From positions 2,482-66,481 of the forward strand of contig CAVTIS010000018.1 of NCBI GenBank assembly GCA_963734845.1: a DNA stretch of 64,000 bases, in the 5' to 3' direction. This stretch comes from an uncultured delta proteobacterium. Its GTDB lineage: Bacteria; Desulfobacterota; Binatia; Binatales; Binataceae. Position 1 is the stretch's first letter; every line of letters starts with the position of its first letter. Made by a program: the position numbers and the translations under genes. The notes below the pieces were generated by a model. The model did no database searches. It saw only the letters and a program-made list of their open reading frames with translations, and had not been told where the DNA came from. Shown piece by piece: positions 39,735 through 51,369 of this stretch.

Positions 39735-40082
39735 ATGCCTGACAAGGAGGATCTTTACGACGCGGCGATCGATCTCTACGCCGACGACAAGTTCGACGAG
39801 GCGATCGAACTCTATGCGCGCGCGCTCGAACAGGATCCGCGCTACGCCGACGCTATGCACGGGCTGGTGATGTGCTACCAGGCCAAGGGCGACCTCGACA
39901 GCGCGATCGAGCTGACTAAAAAATATATAGCGCAGGAGCCCGACGACATCCTCGCGTTCACCAACCTGAGCATGTTCTACCAGAAGAAAGGGATGATAAA
40001 GGAAGCCGAGGAAGCGGGCGCCGAGGCGCGGCGCCTGGATTGGAAGCGCCAACTCAAGGAAGGTGTGGCTGGGAAGAAATAG
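39735..40082 (+). CDS. Small tetratricopeptide-repeat protein
   Basis: Three TPR-like helices (AIELYARALEQDPRYADA...). GGAGG RBS. Confidence 0.6.
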   Translation: MPDKEDLYDAAIDLYADDKFDEAIELYARALEQDPRYADAMHGLVMCYQAKGDLDSAIELTKKYIAQEPDDILAFTNLSMFYQKKGMIKEAEEAGAEARRLDWKRQLKEGVAGKK

Positions 40083-40093
40083 GGGGGGCTCGG

Positions 40094-40852
40094 ATGAAAC
40101 TCAAAGACAAGGCCGTGCTGATAACCGGGGCAGGTTCCGGGCTGGGGCGTGAGATGGCGCTCGTGTTCGCGCGCGAGGGCGCGAAAATCGGGGTTAACGA
40201 CGTGCGGCCCGAGGCCGCGCACAACGTGGTGACCGAGGTTGAACGGGCGGGCGGGCGCGCGGTGCGGCTGGTCGCCGACGTTACGGATAGCGCGGCGGTC
40301 AGAAACATTTTCGCCGAGTTCGTCGCGGCCTTCGGCACCATCGACGTGCTGATCAATAACGCCGGCATCGGCCGCGTGCGTCCCGGCAGCGAGGCGACTC
40401 CCACCGTCGACAAGACCGACGCGGACTGGCACCGGATGATCGCCACGCATCTGGATGCGACCTTCTACTGCACGCGCGAGGCGCTCAAGGTGATGACCCC
40501 GAAGCAGTCCGGCCGGATCATCAATCTGGGCTCGATCGTTGGTCTGACCGGTATCGAACTGGCTGCCGACTATGGCGCGGCCAAGGGCGGAATAATTTCC
40601 TTCACCAAGTGCGTTGCGCGCGAAGTCGCCCGTCACGGCATCCTGGTCAACTGCATCGCGCCCGGTTTTATCGAAACGCCGATGACCGCGCCGCTGACGC
40701 CCGAGCTGCGGAATTTGGTGATAGCGCGAACGCCGATCGGACGTTTCGGCGAGCCGCGCGACATCGCGGCCGCGGCGCTGTACCTCGCCAGCGACGACTC
40801 GTCGTTCATGGTCGGGCAGGTGATCAGCCCCAACGGCGGCTACGTTATCTGA
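40094..40852 (+). CDS. SDR-family 3-oxoacyl-ACP reductase-like oxidoreductase
   Basis: TGAGSGLG, NNAG, and YGAAK motifs. ATG at 40094. Confidence 0.85.
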   Translation: MKLKDKAVLITGAGSGLGREMALVFAREGAKIGVNDVRPEAAHNVVTEVERAGGRAVRLVADVTDSAAVRNIFAEFVAAFGTIDVLINNAGIGRVRPGSEATPTVDKTDADWHRMIATHLDATFYCTREALKVMTPKQSGRIINLGSIVGLTGIELAADYGAAKGGIISFTKCVAREVARHGILVNCIAPGFIETPMTAPLTPELRNLVIARTPIGRFGEPRDIAAAALYLASDDSSFMVGQVISPNGGYVI

Positions 40853-40882
40853 ACAATCTGATTTGAATACTTCCCCTGCGTC

Positions 40883-42433
40883 ATGAATTCGCGACCTGTG
40901 ATCGAGCGCATCGCCGGCGTAATGGTGCCGTTGTTTTCCCTGCGCGCGCGTGCGGACGCGGGGATCGGCGATATCGCGGCGCTTGATGCGATGACCGATC
41001 TCGCGGCCGCGATGGGCCATCGCGCGGTCCTGCTTTTGCCGATCGATGAGACTTCGCCCGGCGAGTCGAGTCCGTATAGCGCGCTCAGCCTGTTTGCCAT
41101 CGATCCGGTCTATATCGGGCTCGACGGACTCGGTGGCGTCGAGCAGCCGCAGGTGGAAGCCGTGCGACACGCGCTGTCGCGCGTGCCGCTTAGCGATCGC
41201 CTGACGATTCGCGCTGCGCGGATCGCACTGCTCGAGGCCGCGTTCGCTCATTTCGTGGCGCACGGCGAAGGGCGAGAGGCCGTGGCGGACTTTGCCGCGC
41301 GCCATCGCGACTGGCTCGATGACTACGCGCTCTTCCGCGCGCTCAAAGATCATTTCAATTTCGTCGCGTGGGAGCAGTGGCCCGACGAACTGCGCCGGCG
41401 CGAACCTGGTGCGCTCGCGCGCGCGAAAGGGGATACGAAACTCGCGCAGGCGATCGCCAAGTACGTTTACTGGCAGTTTCTCGCTCATCGCCAGTGGGCG
41501 GAGCTTCGCGTCCGCGCTGGCGGCGTGATGCTGGGCCGGGATCTAGCCTTTTCGCCCGGCCGCGACAGCGCGGAGGTATGGGCCAACCAGGAACTGTTTG
41601 ATCTGGAACGCACGGTGGGGGCGCCGCCCGACGGCTTCAACCCGCTGGGCCAGCATTGGGGCCTGCCGGCGCCGCGCTGGGAACGGATTCGCGCCGAGGG
41701 ATTCGGCCTGTTGAGAAAAAGGATCCGGCATGCGTGCTCGCTCTACGATTTCATCCGCATCGATCATGTGGTCGGGCTCTATCGCACTTTTTCGTTTGGA
41801 CTCGCGCTCGGAGAACCAGGCGGCTTCTGGCCGGCGGCCGTGCCTGAGCAACGCGCACAGGGCGAAGAAGTGCTCGCCGCGATACTGGATGAAGCGGGCG
41901 CGATGATCGTCGTCGCCGAGGACCTTGGCCTGATACCGCAGTTCGTACGCGCCTCGCTGAGCTCGTTGGGCGTGCCGGGTTACAAGGTCATGCGCTGGGA
42001 GAAAATCGGGGAGGGCGGGGCGACGGAGGCCTTCGTTTCGCCGGCGGAGTATCCCGAGCTTTCGCTTGCCACGACCGGAACGCACGACACGGATACGCTG
42101 GCCGAATGGTGGGACGAGGCGCCGGCGGACGAGCGTGCGCGGATGCTCAAGCTGCTCGCGCTTGCGCCTGCAGTCGCAGCCGACGCACAAGTTGCATTCG
42201 ACCAAGTGCGCGACGCGATGCTAGCGGCATTGTACGCGGCGCCGTCGCGGATAGTGATGATCCCGATTCAGGATCTTTTCGGATGGCGCGAGCGGATCAA
42301 TCTCCCCGGAACGGTTGGGCCGGCGAACTGGTCGTGGCGTATGCCGATAGCAATCGAAGACCTGCGCCGCGATCCCGCTCTGACGGCCCGACTGGCGGAA
42401 TTGCGAAGCCTCGTCGCACGGACGGGCAGATAG
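40883..42433 (+). CDS. malQ: 4-alpha-glucanotransferase (amylomaltase, GH77)
   Basis: GH77 pattern including SPYSALS and DHVVGLYR. Confidence 0.9.
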   Translation: MNSRPVIERIAGVMVPLFSLRARADAGIGDIAALDAMTDLAAAMGHRAVLLLPIDETSPGESSPYSALSLFAIDPVYIGLDGLGGVEQPQVEAVRHALSRVPLSDRLTIRAARIALLEAAFAHFVAHGEGREAVADFAARHRDWLDDYALFRALKDHFNFVAWEQWPDELRRREPGALARAKGDTKLAQAIAKYVYWQFLAHRQWAELRVRAGGVMLGRDLAFSPGRDSAEVWANQELFDLERTVGAPPDGFNPLGQHWGLPAPRWERIRAEGFGLLRKRIRHACSLYDFIRIDHVVGLYRTFSFGLALGEPGGFWPAAVPEQRAQGEEVLAAILDEAGAMIVVAEDLGLIPQFVRASLSSLGVPGYKVMRWEKIGEGGATEAFVSPAEYPELSLATTGTHDTDTLAEWWDEAPADERARMLKLLALAPAVAADAQVAFDQVRDAMLAALYAAPSRIVMIPIQDLFGWRERINLPGTVGPANWSWRMPIAIEDLRRDPALTARLAELRSLVARTGR

Positions 42434-42612
42434 GCCGCTCCAAACCGTCTCAGGTCATACGTCAACACCGCATTGCGTCTCTAGCTTGTCTAAGTAATTA
42501 TCGTGAGCAAGGCGTTCGACGCCCGCGTGAGGGCCGCAAACGCACGGCAGTCGGAATCGCGAAGGGGGGCGGGGCCGTCGAATCCACTGATCAAAGAGAG
42601 CCGCAACGCAGC

Positions 42613-43923
42613 TTGCTGCTTCGAGCGGCGGTGCTGGTCCCGCTATGGGCGGCGGTCGTAATCGGAGTGGTGATTTTGATCGCCGCGCTGCCCGCCCGCG
42701 CCAACAAATGGGACTACAGTATCTATTACAGCTCGGCACTCGCGATGCGCGAGGGGATGAACCCTTACACGACCAACCTGACGCCGCTCGCGCATTCGCT
42801 TGGTTTCGATCTGGACAAGATCAACCACGCGACCGATCCGCCAACCTTCGTGATGTGCTTCGTGCCGCTGACCCTGTTGGCGCCGCGGCCGGGGTTCTAC
42901 GTATGGACAGCAATCAATGCTGCCTCGTTTCTGCTCGCGCTCGTCCTGCTTTTTCGATGGACGCCGGCTCTCGGTCGCGACGGCGCACTGGCGCTCGCCG
43001 CCGTGACGATTCTCTTCCCGCCGGTGCTCGATCACCTGGTCTTCGGCCAGAACAAAATGCTGGTTCTGTTGATGTTCGTGCTGATGCTGCGGTGGATGGA
43101 ACGCGGGCGCGACGGCGCGGCGGGCCTGATGCTCGCGTTTGCAACCCTTTTGCGCGCCTTTCCATTACTGCTCGTCGGCTACCTGATCCTGATGAAACGA
43201 TGGCGCGTGGTCGCTTACACCATCGCCGGACTCGCCGTCGGCGGCGCGCTCACGATCGCGTTGGCGGGCATGGGAACGACTCTGAGCTTTGTGCTGGCGC
43301 CGACTTATCTGACCGAGCAATGGAGACAGGCGCTGCCGGGAAATATCGCTATCGGCCCGACAGTGACGCGGATGTTCTGGTACTTCTTCGGCATGCATCT
43401 CGGAACCGCACTTCAATGGGCGGCGAAAGCTGCGTCGCTGGCGGCTGAGCTTGCATTGCTGGTTTTCACGATCAAAGCCACCGTATCGAGGCCTCGCGAC
43501 GACGATCCCGACGGCCGCCTGTTCATCCTGTGGATCATGACGGCGATCCTGATCTCGCCGACCTCGTGGTTCTACTACCTAGTACTGTTGACCATTCCGA
43601 TGGTTAAGCTGAGCGCAGCCGCGGCCAACAACCGAACCAGCGCGCGGGCGCTGTGGATCGGAGTCGCTTGTTACACGCTCGCCTGGCTCTATTTCACCCT
43701 GGTCGACATGCGCTCGCAAACGCTCGCTCTGCATCCGGATGCGCTGGTTTGGCGGCTTGGAGCTTCGCCGGTGGCGCTGCTCGCCTATCTCTCGCTCTAC
43801 TGGTTCGCGACCGATTTCGGTTCAGTCGATCAGGCGTCGACGCGGCCGCACGCTTCGCAATCGGTCGTTTCGGCAGCGCCGCCCTCCTCAGATGTGGTGC
43901 AGACGGCGCGCACCGCGGTCTGA
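42613..43923 (+). CDS. DUF2029 / GT87-like polytopic membrane glycosyltransferase (paralog A)
   Basis: About 11 TM helices. YYSSALAMREGMNPYTT motif is shared with the paralog at 46870. Start is TTG 42613 or GTG 42631; the track ORF extends upstream into malQ. Confidence 0.55.
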   Translation: MLLRAAVLVPLWAAVVIGVVILIAALPARANKWDYSIYYSSALAMREGMNPYTTNLTPLAHSLGFDLDKINHATDPPTFVMCFVPLTLLAPRPGFYVWTAINAASFLLALVLLFRWTPALGRDGALALAAVTILFPPVLDHLVFGQNKMLVLLMFVLMLRWMERGRDGAAGLMLAFATLLRAFPLLLVGYLILMKRWRVVAYTIAGLAVGGALTIALAGMGTTLSFVLAPTYLTEQWRQALPGNIAIGPTVTRMFWYFFGMHLGTALQWAAKAASLAAELALLVFTIKATVSRPRDDDPDGRLFILWIMTAILISPTSWFYYLVLLTIPMVKLSAAAANNRTSARALWIGVACYTLAWLYFTLVDMRSQTLALHPDALVWRLGASPVALLAYLSLYWFATDFGSVDQASTRPHASQSVVSAAPPSSDVVQTARTAV

Positions 43924-44043
43924 CAATCGCGTGCCGTTTAAGCGCCCGCTACGGATCGCATTGCGGCCCTGTTGATGACATGGTAACCGGGATCGATCAC
44001 GCACGGTAAAAACCGGCACGCGATACGCGGATAATTTTGGCGA

Positions 44044-45603
44044 ATGGAACCGGACGCGGCGGCCACGTATCGGCGGGGCGGCGGCGCGTGGGGAGAGCGG
44101 ATACGCACGGGTAAAATGGAGGCAGCACGGCAAGAATCAGCGGTTGAAAACGATGGCGCGTCGGCGCGTGCGGACGGCGGCGAAAAATCGGCTGCTAAGC
44201 TCTATCGCGCAGAGCGTATCAGGTTCTGGAATGGCTACGATCGTAAGCGAGCCAGCGCCGGCTACTATCGGCGCCTGGCGGAAATTTACCGTTACCTCGT
44301 GCCGCCGCGAAGCCGGGTGCTGGAACTCGGCTGCGGCACGGGCGATTTGCTGGCCGCGCTCGAGCCGTCGCTCGGCGTCGGCGTCGATTTTTCGCCGAAG
44401 ATGCTCGAGCGGGCCGCACGAAAGCATCCGCAGCTCCGTTTCATGCGGGGCGACGTCGATCAGCTCAGTCTGAAAACCAGGTTCGACTACGTCATCCTCT
44501 CCGACCTGATTAACGATCTGTGGGACGTGCAAACAACGGTCGAGCGGCTCGCGTCCGTATGCACGCCAGCCACTCGCGTGATCATCAACAGCTTCAGCCG
44601 TCTCTGGGAACTGCCGCTGCGGATGGCCGGGCGCATGAATCTGGCCAATCCGGCCTTGAACCAGAACTGGATGACGCTCGAGGATCTCGACAACATGCTC
44701 GCGCTCGGCGGCTTCGAGGTCGTTCGCCAGTGGCAGGAGGTGCTCTTGCCGCTCGCGCTGCCGCTGCTGGGGCCGTTTTGCAATCGTTACCTGGTGAAAC
44801 TCTGGCCGTTTCGGCATCTGGCGCTTACCAACTTGATCGTCGCTCGACTCGCGCCGCAAGCCGGCAGCGAAACGCACGACCCCGAGCCCGTGGTAAGCGT
44901 AATCGTGCCGGCTCGCAATGAGGCCGGCAATATCGAAAATGTCGTGCAGCGCGTCCCCGAGATGGGCGCCGGCACCGAGATCGTCTTCGTCGAAGGCCAC
45001 TCGCGCGACGACACCTATGCTGCGATCGAGGCGGCAATCGCGCGCCATCCGGAACGCCGGATGCGGCTGATGCGTCAAAGCGGCGCGGGCAAGGGCGACG
45101 CAGTACGCCTGGGTTTTGCCGAGGCCGCGGGCGGGGTGTTGATGATCCTCGACGCCGACCTTACGGTTGCGCCGGAGGATTTGCCGCGCTTTTATCGCGC
45201 GCTACGTTCGGGCCGCGGCGATTTCATCAATGGCGTGCGCTTCGTCTACCCGATGGAGGAGCAGGCGATGCGCTTTCTTAATTTCCTGGGCAACAAGTTC
45301 TTCAGCCTCGCTTTTTCCTGGCTACTGGGGCAGAACGTCAAGGACACACTGTGCGGGACCAAGGTTTTGAGCCGGGCCGACTACGACACGATCGCCGCCA
45401 ATCGCGCCTACTTCGGCGACTTCGATCCGTTCGGCGACTTCGATCTCATCTTCGGCGCGGCCAAACTTGACCTCAAGATCGTCGATATGCCGGTGCGCTA
45501 TCACGAACGAACCTACGGTCAAACCAATATCCAGCGCTGGTCGCACGGGTTGTTGCTGCTGCGGATGTTCGGTTTCGCGCTGCGGCGGCTGAAATTCGTG
45601 TGA
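44044..45603 (+). CDS. Bifunctional class I SAM-methyltransferase / GT2 polyprenyl-phosphate sugar synthase-like glycosyltransferase
   Basis: N-terminal VLELGCGTGDL methyltransferase motif. C-terminal GT2 motifs VSVIVPARNEAGNI, ILDADL, and DTLCGTK (Dpm1/GtrB-like). Start is uncertain (44044 or 44116). Confidence 0.7.
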   Translation: MEPDAAATYRRGGGAWGERIRTGKMEAARQESAVENDGASARADGGEKSAAKLYRAERIRFWNGYDRKRASAGYYRRLAEIYRYLVPPRSRVLELGCGTGDLLAALEPSLGVGVDFSPKMLERAARKHPQLRFMRGDVDQLSLKTRFDYVILSDLINDLWDVQTTVERLASVCTPATRVIINSFSRLWELPLRMAGRMNLANPALNQNWMTLEDLDNMLALGGFEVVRQWQEVLLPLALPLLGPFCNRYLVKLWPFRHLALTNLIVARLAPQAGSETHDPEPVVSVIVPARNEAGNIENVVQRVPEMGAGTEIVFVEGHSRDDTYAAIEAAIARHPERRMRLMRQSGAGKGDAVRLGFAEAAGGVLMILDADLTVAPEDLPRFYRALRSGRGDFINGVRFVYPMEEQAMRFLNFLGNKFFSLAFSWLLGQNVKDTLCGTKVLSRADYDTIAANRAYFGDFDPFGDFDLIFGAAKLDLKIVDMPVRYHERTYGQTNIQRWSHGLLLLRMFGFALRRLKFV

Positions 45604-46722
<1,119 letters not shown>

Positions 46723-46869
46723 CCGGTTCCACCTCGGCGGCCAGGGTTGGTGACTCTCGGCGATTGCGCAGATCGATCGGATCGCTCAGGCGATAGCCCC
46801 GCTTGACCGCGCCTTGGCGCGACGGTGTCCGCGTGATGGTGGTGGTGGAATTGGGAGGGGGGAGTTTTG

Positions 46870-48189
46870 ATGGCTGAACCTGCGCAGAGCGCAGACGTCC
46901 ACCGCGAGTCTGCTTTGCCTGGGCCGCGAGCGGGGCGGCCGGTGCTGTCGATCGACGGGATCCTGCGCGCGATGCGCCATCCGCTGATGGTGGCGTTTCT
47001 CGTGATTGCTGCCCTGATTCAAGTCTATAGAGTCACCGCGGCATTGCCTGGCCGAATTCACGAGGAAGACTTCGCCGACTACTATGCCGCCGCCACGATC
47101 ATGCGGCAGGGAGAGAACCCGTATCACACGTCCCTGGTACCTTTTGGCGCCAAGCTCGGCCTGCATACCAAGACTTTCAAACACGACGAAGTCATCCCGG
47201 AGACGCCCGCTTTTCTGCTGTGCCTGAAAGCTTTGGGAGCGTTGCCGCTGACACGGGCCTACTGGACCTGGATCGCGATCAATTTCGCGGCCCTGATCGC
47301 GTCCTTCTACCTGCTGCTTGGACCCACAAGCGGTCTGCGGCCAGTGGATGCTTGCCTGATGATCTCTTTGGGCCTGATTTATCCGCCGCTGATCGATCTT
47401 TTCTTGACCGCGCAGAGCCAGGTCCTCGTGATCCTTGGGTTGGCGCTGAGTGTCCGATGCCTGGCGACACGGCGCGACGGCTTTGCCGGCCTGATCTTGG
47501 CGGCGCTGACCCTTTTACGCGGCTATCCGTGTCTGATGGGCCTCTATCTTTTGTTGACGCGCAAGTGGCGTGCGCTCGCCTTCATGGCTGCGGGCGGTGC
47601 GATTGGAATAGTGGCGTGTGCAGCCATGATGGGTTGGCGGGCGGTTGTGGATTTTCCGCTCGGTCTTGCCGCGGCCGGTGGAGATCGCGCGCTGTTCAAA
47701 CTGGGATGGAACACCGCGCCCGCGTCGTTCGTCTGGCGCATGTGCCTGTATCTCAATGGATGGAATCTCGGACCTGCAGGCGATCGCTTTGCGCATGCCT
47801 TGGGGTACGCGGCTTCGTTAGGCCTGATGGCGTTCACTTTGAAGGCGACGTTCAAGGGCGGATCCGCTCCCGATCGCGATTGGCGGCTGTTCGCTCTATG
47901 GGTAGTTACATCGATCGAGGTTCTGCCGGTCTCATGGCTCAACTACAACACTTTATTGTTTGTCCCGTTCGCGCTGATCGCTTCGGCGGGAGTACGCAAC
48001 CGGGTCAGTAACCGCGCGATATGGGCGGCTATGCTGAGCTACTTCCTTAGCGTATTTGCCTTCGGCGGTTTGCTCTTCCTCGATCCGCGCATGCCGATCG
48101 CATTCGTGGTGGTAGTGGGCGAGAGCAAGTCAGTTGCGGTGATGGTCGGCTACCTGTCAGCGTATTGGTTCGCCGTCGACGAGACCTGA
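46870..48189 (+). CDS. DUF2029 / GT87-like polytopic membrane glycosyltransferase (paralog B)
   Basis: ATG at 46870 with GGGGGGAG RBS. YYAAATIMRQGENPYHTSL motif and polytopic topology. Paralogous to 42613-43923. Confidence 0.65.
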   Translation: MAEPAQSADVHRESALPGPRAGRPVLSIDGILRAMRHPLMVAFLVIAALIQVYRVTAALPGRIHEEDFADYYAAATIMRQGENPYHTSLVPFGAKLGLHTKTFKHDEVIPETPAFLLCLKALGALPLTRAYWTWIAINFAALIASFYLLLGPTSGLRPVDACLMISLGLIYPPLIDLFLTAQSQVLVILGLALSVRCLATRRDGFAGLILAALTLLRGYPCLMGLYLLLTRKWRALAFMAAGGAIGIVACAAMMGWRAVVDFPLGLAAAGGDRALFKLGWNTAPASFVWRMCLYLNGWNLGPAGDRFAHALGYAASLGLMAFTLKATFKGGSAPDRDWRLFALWVVTSIEVLPVSWLNYNTLLFVPFALIASAGVRNRVSNRAIWAAMLSYFLSVFAFGGLLFLDPRMPIAFVVVVGESKSVAVMVGYLSAYWFAVDET

Positions 48190-48222
48190 ATCATTAGTCA
48201 CTACACGACCACAGCTAAGACC

Positions 48223-49302
48223 ATGCTTTCCGCAGCAGGCGCGCTGCTCCTGACGATACTGATCGCGTGCGGCACTTCCGGTTGCGGTACGGCGCCGCCG
48301 CAAGCCGCGATGAATCAGCTTGGCAACCGGATCGAGGCTGGCCGCGACACCAGTACGCCCGCCTTCGCGCATCCCCCGTCAAATCGTGGCGGAATCCACG
48401 CTCCATACGCTATCGCGTCTGGCGCCGCCGGCGTCTGGTTTACCGAGTATAGCGCTCCGATGCTGGGGTTGATGGAACCCGGGGGTGCTGTCCGGCGCGT
48501 GGACCTAGACCTCGAGGGCTTTCCGGAGCGCCTGACGGTCGCGCGCGACGGCGCGGTATGGTTCACCGATCCGCAGGGCGACCGCATCGGACGCATCTTT
48601 CCCGGTAACAGCAAGGCGGACTATTACTTCGTACCGACGCCAAAGAGCGGCCCGGCAGGTATCGCGGCCGCCCGCGACGGTTCCATCTGGTTCACCGAAC
48701 ACGCCGCTGACCGGATAGGCATCTTCGTCCCACCCGGAGCCGACCGTCCCGCTCCCGGGACTCACGGTTTCAAAGAGTTTGCGCTGCCCAGGGGCGGCGG
48801 ACCGGCCGATATAGTCGCCGCTCCCGACGGCAGCCTGTGGTTCGCCGAGAATTCCGGCAATCGGATCGGCCGAATCACGCTGGCGCACAATGCCGAGGAA
48901 GCGGTGATAAAAGAGTATCCACTGCCCGTTCCGCATAGCCATCCCAATGGTGTTGCGCTCGGCGCCGACGGCAGTGTCTATTTCACCGAACTGGCGGCTA
49001 GCCGGATAGGCAGAGTCACGCCGCAGGGGCAGATCTCCGAGATGGTCCTGCCGGTCGCTGGCCCCGCGCTCGACATCGTTGCGGGCAGCGACGGTACTAT
49101 CTGGACAACCGTGCCCAAGGCCCACGCGATTTGTCGCCTGCGTCCCGGCACCCCGATAACCGCCTTCTATTTGCCCGAAACGGCTACCCCCGCCTTCATC
49201 ACCGACGGCAGAGACGGCAATCTGTATTTCACCGAGCCGACCGGAAAGATCGCCCGCTTCACGCCGATTGGTGTGATGACCGAGTTCAGTCTCGCGGACT
49301 AG
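48223..49302 (+). CDS. Lipoprotein with Vgb (streptogramin B lyase)-like beta-propeller repeats
   Basis: LIAC lipobox. At least 6 repeats of G-x-W/Y-F-T/A-E ... RIGR (for example GSIWFTEHAADRIGIF, GSLWFAENSGNRIGRIT). Confidence 0.7.
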   Translation: MLSAAGALLLTILIACGTSGCGTAPPQAAMNQLGNRIEAGRDTSTPAFAHPPSNRGGIHAPYAIASGAAGVWFTEYSAPMLGLMEPGGAVRRVDLDLEGFPERLTVARDGAVWFTDPQGDRIGRIFPGNSKADYYFVPTPKSGPAGIAAARDGSIWFTEHAADRIGIFVPPGADRPAPGTHGFKEFALPRGGGPADIVAAPDGSLWFAENSGNRIGRITLAHNAEEAVIKEYPLPVPHSHPNGVALGADGSVYFTELAASRIGRVTPQGQISEMVLPVAGPALDIVAGSDGTIWTTVPKAHAICRLRPGTPITAFYLPETATPAFITDGRDGNLYFTEPTGKIARFTPIGVMTEFSLAD

Positions 49303-49430
49303 CGCTTTTTCGCGCCCCTCGTCATCGCTGGCAAGGATGCTCCAGCGCGGCCGCGCGGGACTGTTCCGGCGACGAAGATTTGCGCTATAAGCGGATTCAG
49401 TTCTTTCGAAAATAAAATCGAGGAATAGCG

Positions 49431-50330
49431 ATGGGCAAGCTTGACGGTAAAGTTGCCGCGGTCACCGGCGGCGGACGCGGCATCGGCCGCGGAGTGGCGC
49501 GAACGCTCGCCGCCCAGGGTGCGGCGGTCGTAGTTAACGACCTCGGCGTGAGCCTCGCGGGGCAGAAGGAGACCGTCTCGCCCGCCGACGACGTGGTCAA
49601 GGAGATCGTGGCAGCCGGCGGCAAAGCCGTCTCCAATCACATGGATATCGCGACCGTGGTCGGCGGCGAGGGCCTCGTCAAACAGGCGATCAAGGAGTTC
49701 GGCCAACTCGACATCCTGGTCAACGTCGCGGGAATCCTGCGCGACCGGATGATCTTCAACATGAGCGAGCAGGAGTGGGACGACGTCATCCGGGTCCACC
49801 TCAAGGGCCACTACTGCACGATTCGCCCGGCCAGCGCCCATATGCGAGAGCGCAGGACCGGACGCATCATCAACTTCTCCTCGAACTCCGCGCTCGGCAG
49901 TCCGGGCCAGCCCAACTACGCGGCGGCCAAGGCGGGAATTCTGGGGCTCACCTACAGTTGCGCGACTTCGCTGCAGAAGTACGGCATCACCGTAAACGCC
50001 ATCATGCCCGGCGCGGCGACCCGGATGACCGACTCGATTCCGGCGGGCCGGATGCCTGGAGTGAGCGGCCTGGCAGTGAGCGAGAGCGCCGAGGGCACGC
50101 CGCGCGACCCGGCCAATGTCGCGCCGATAATCGCCTATCTGGCTAGCGACCAGGCGGCCGAAGTAACGGGGCAGTGCTTCGGCGCGTCCGGCTACCGCAT
50201 CACGCGCTATACCCACATCAGGACGGACCGCGCGATATTTAGCGACGGCCCATGGGACATCGACAAACTGTTCGAGGTTTTCAAATCGACACTCGGACAG
50301 GGTCTCGAACCGGTGAACATGTTCGCCTGA
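49431..50330 (+). CDS. SDR-family oxidoreductase
   Basis: VTGGGRGIGRG, NVAG, and YAAAKAG motifs. GAGGA RBS. Confidence 0.8.
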   Translation: MGKLDGKVAAVTGGGRGIGRGVARTLAAQGAAVVVNDLGVSLAGQKETVSPADDVVKEIVAAGGKAVSNHMDIATVVGGEGLVKQAIKEFGQLDILVNVAGILRDRMIFNMSEQEWDDVIRVHLKGHYCTIRPASAHMRERRTGRIINFSSNSALGSPGQPNYAAAKAGILGLTYSCATSLQKYGITVNAIMPGAATRMTDSIPAGRMPGVSGLAVSESAEGTPRDPANVAPIIAYLASDQAAEVTGQCFGASGYRITRYTHIRTDRAIFSDGPWDIDKLFEVFKSTLGQGLEPVNMFA

Positions 50331-50389
50331 CGCCGCCATACGGGCGCCGCGGCCCGCGCGCATCGCCGCTGTGCTAATCTCTGCCCGGT

Positions 50390-51277
50390 ATGCCGTCGCG
50401 GCCGCAATTTCTGGTCGGTACCGCCTCGTGGACCGATCCCACGCTGGTGAAGTCGGACACGTTCTATCCGCCCGCGCTCAAGACCGCCGAGGAGCGCCTG
50501 CGCTTTTACGCCGCGCAGTTCAACACGGTAGAGGTCGACGCCACCTACTACGCGCTGATCTCGGAGCGCAACGCCGAACTATGGGCCGAACGCACGCCGC
50601 CCGGATTTGTCTTCAACGTCAAAGCTTTTGCGATGCTGACGCAGCATCCGGTGGACACGGCGCGGTTGCCGGCTGCACTGAAGGCGATTCTGCCGGCGGA
50701 CGATCGCGCTGCCGCGCGCCTGCGCCATCCGCCGCACGAGGCCCTGGAGATGGCCTTCGGGATGTTCTGGAGTGCGCTCGGGCCGGTGCGCGCCGCCGGC
50801 AAACTCGGCCATTTGCTGTTCCAGTTTCCGCCATATTTCACTGCGCGCCCCGCCAACTTCGACTATATCGCCGGGCTCAAGGAGCGGATGCCGGGAGCGG
50901 CGATCGCGATCGAGTTTCGCCACAATAGCTGGTTCGAAGGCGCGCAGAGGGCCGCGACAGTTCGCTTTCTCGAGTGCCACGGACTGACCTTTGTTTCGAT
51001 CGACACGCCGCCTGCAACCGTGGAGTCGGTGTTCGCGGTTACTGGCGCGGAAGCCTACGTGCGCTTCCATGGCCGCAACCGCGAGAACTGGTACAAGCGC
51101 GACGGAGGCGCCGCCGAGCGTTTCAAATACCTGTATGCGGAAGCTGAACTGGCGCCGTGGGCCGAGCGGTTGAAGTCGCTTTCCGACGTGCGCCGCGCGA
51201 GCGTCATCTTCAATAACTGCTACAGCAACTTCGGCGTGATGAACGCGGCGACGATGGCGCAGATGCTCAGGCACTGA
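50390..51277 (+). CDS. DUF72-family protein
   Basis: GTASWTD and FYPP motifs and overall DUF72 pattern. Confidence 0.7.
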   Translation: MPSRPQFLVGTASWTDPTLVKSDTFYPPALKTAEERLRFYAAQFNTVEVDATYYALISERNAELWAERTPPGFVFNVKAFAMLTQHPVDTARLPAALKAILPADDRAAARLRHPPHEALEMAFGMFWSALGPVRAAGKLGHLLFQFPPYFTARPANFDYIAGLKERMPGAAIAIEFRHNSWFEGAQRAATVRFLECHGLTFVSIDTPPATVESVFAVTGAEAYVRFHGRNRENWYKRDGGAAERFKYLYAEAELAPWAERLKSLSDVRRASVIFNNCYSNFGVMNAATMAQMLRH

Positions 51278-51369
51278 CGGAAGAAAAGGCAGCGCGGCGA
51301 AAATCGGCAGAAGAAAAAGAAACCAGCAGGACAAATCAAACCGGACCAACAAACCCGGACAAATAAAAA

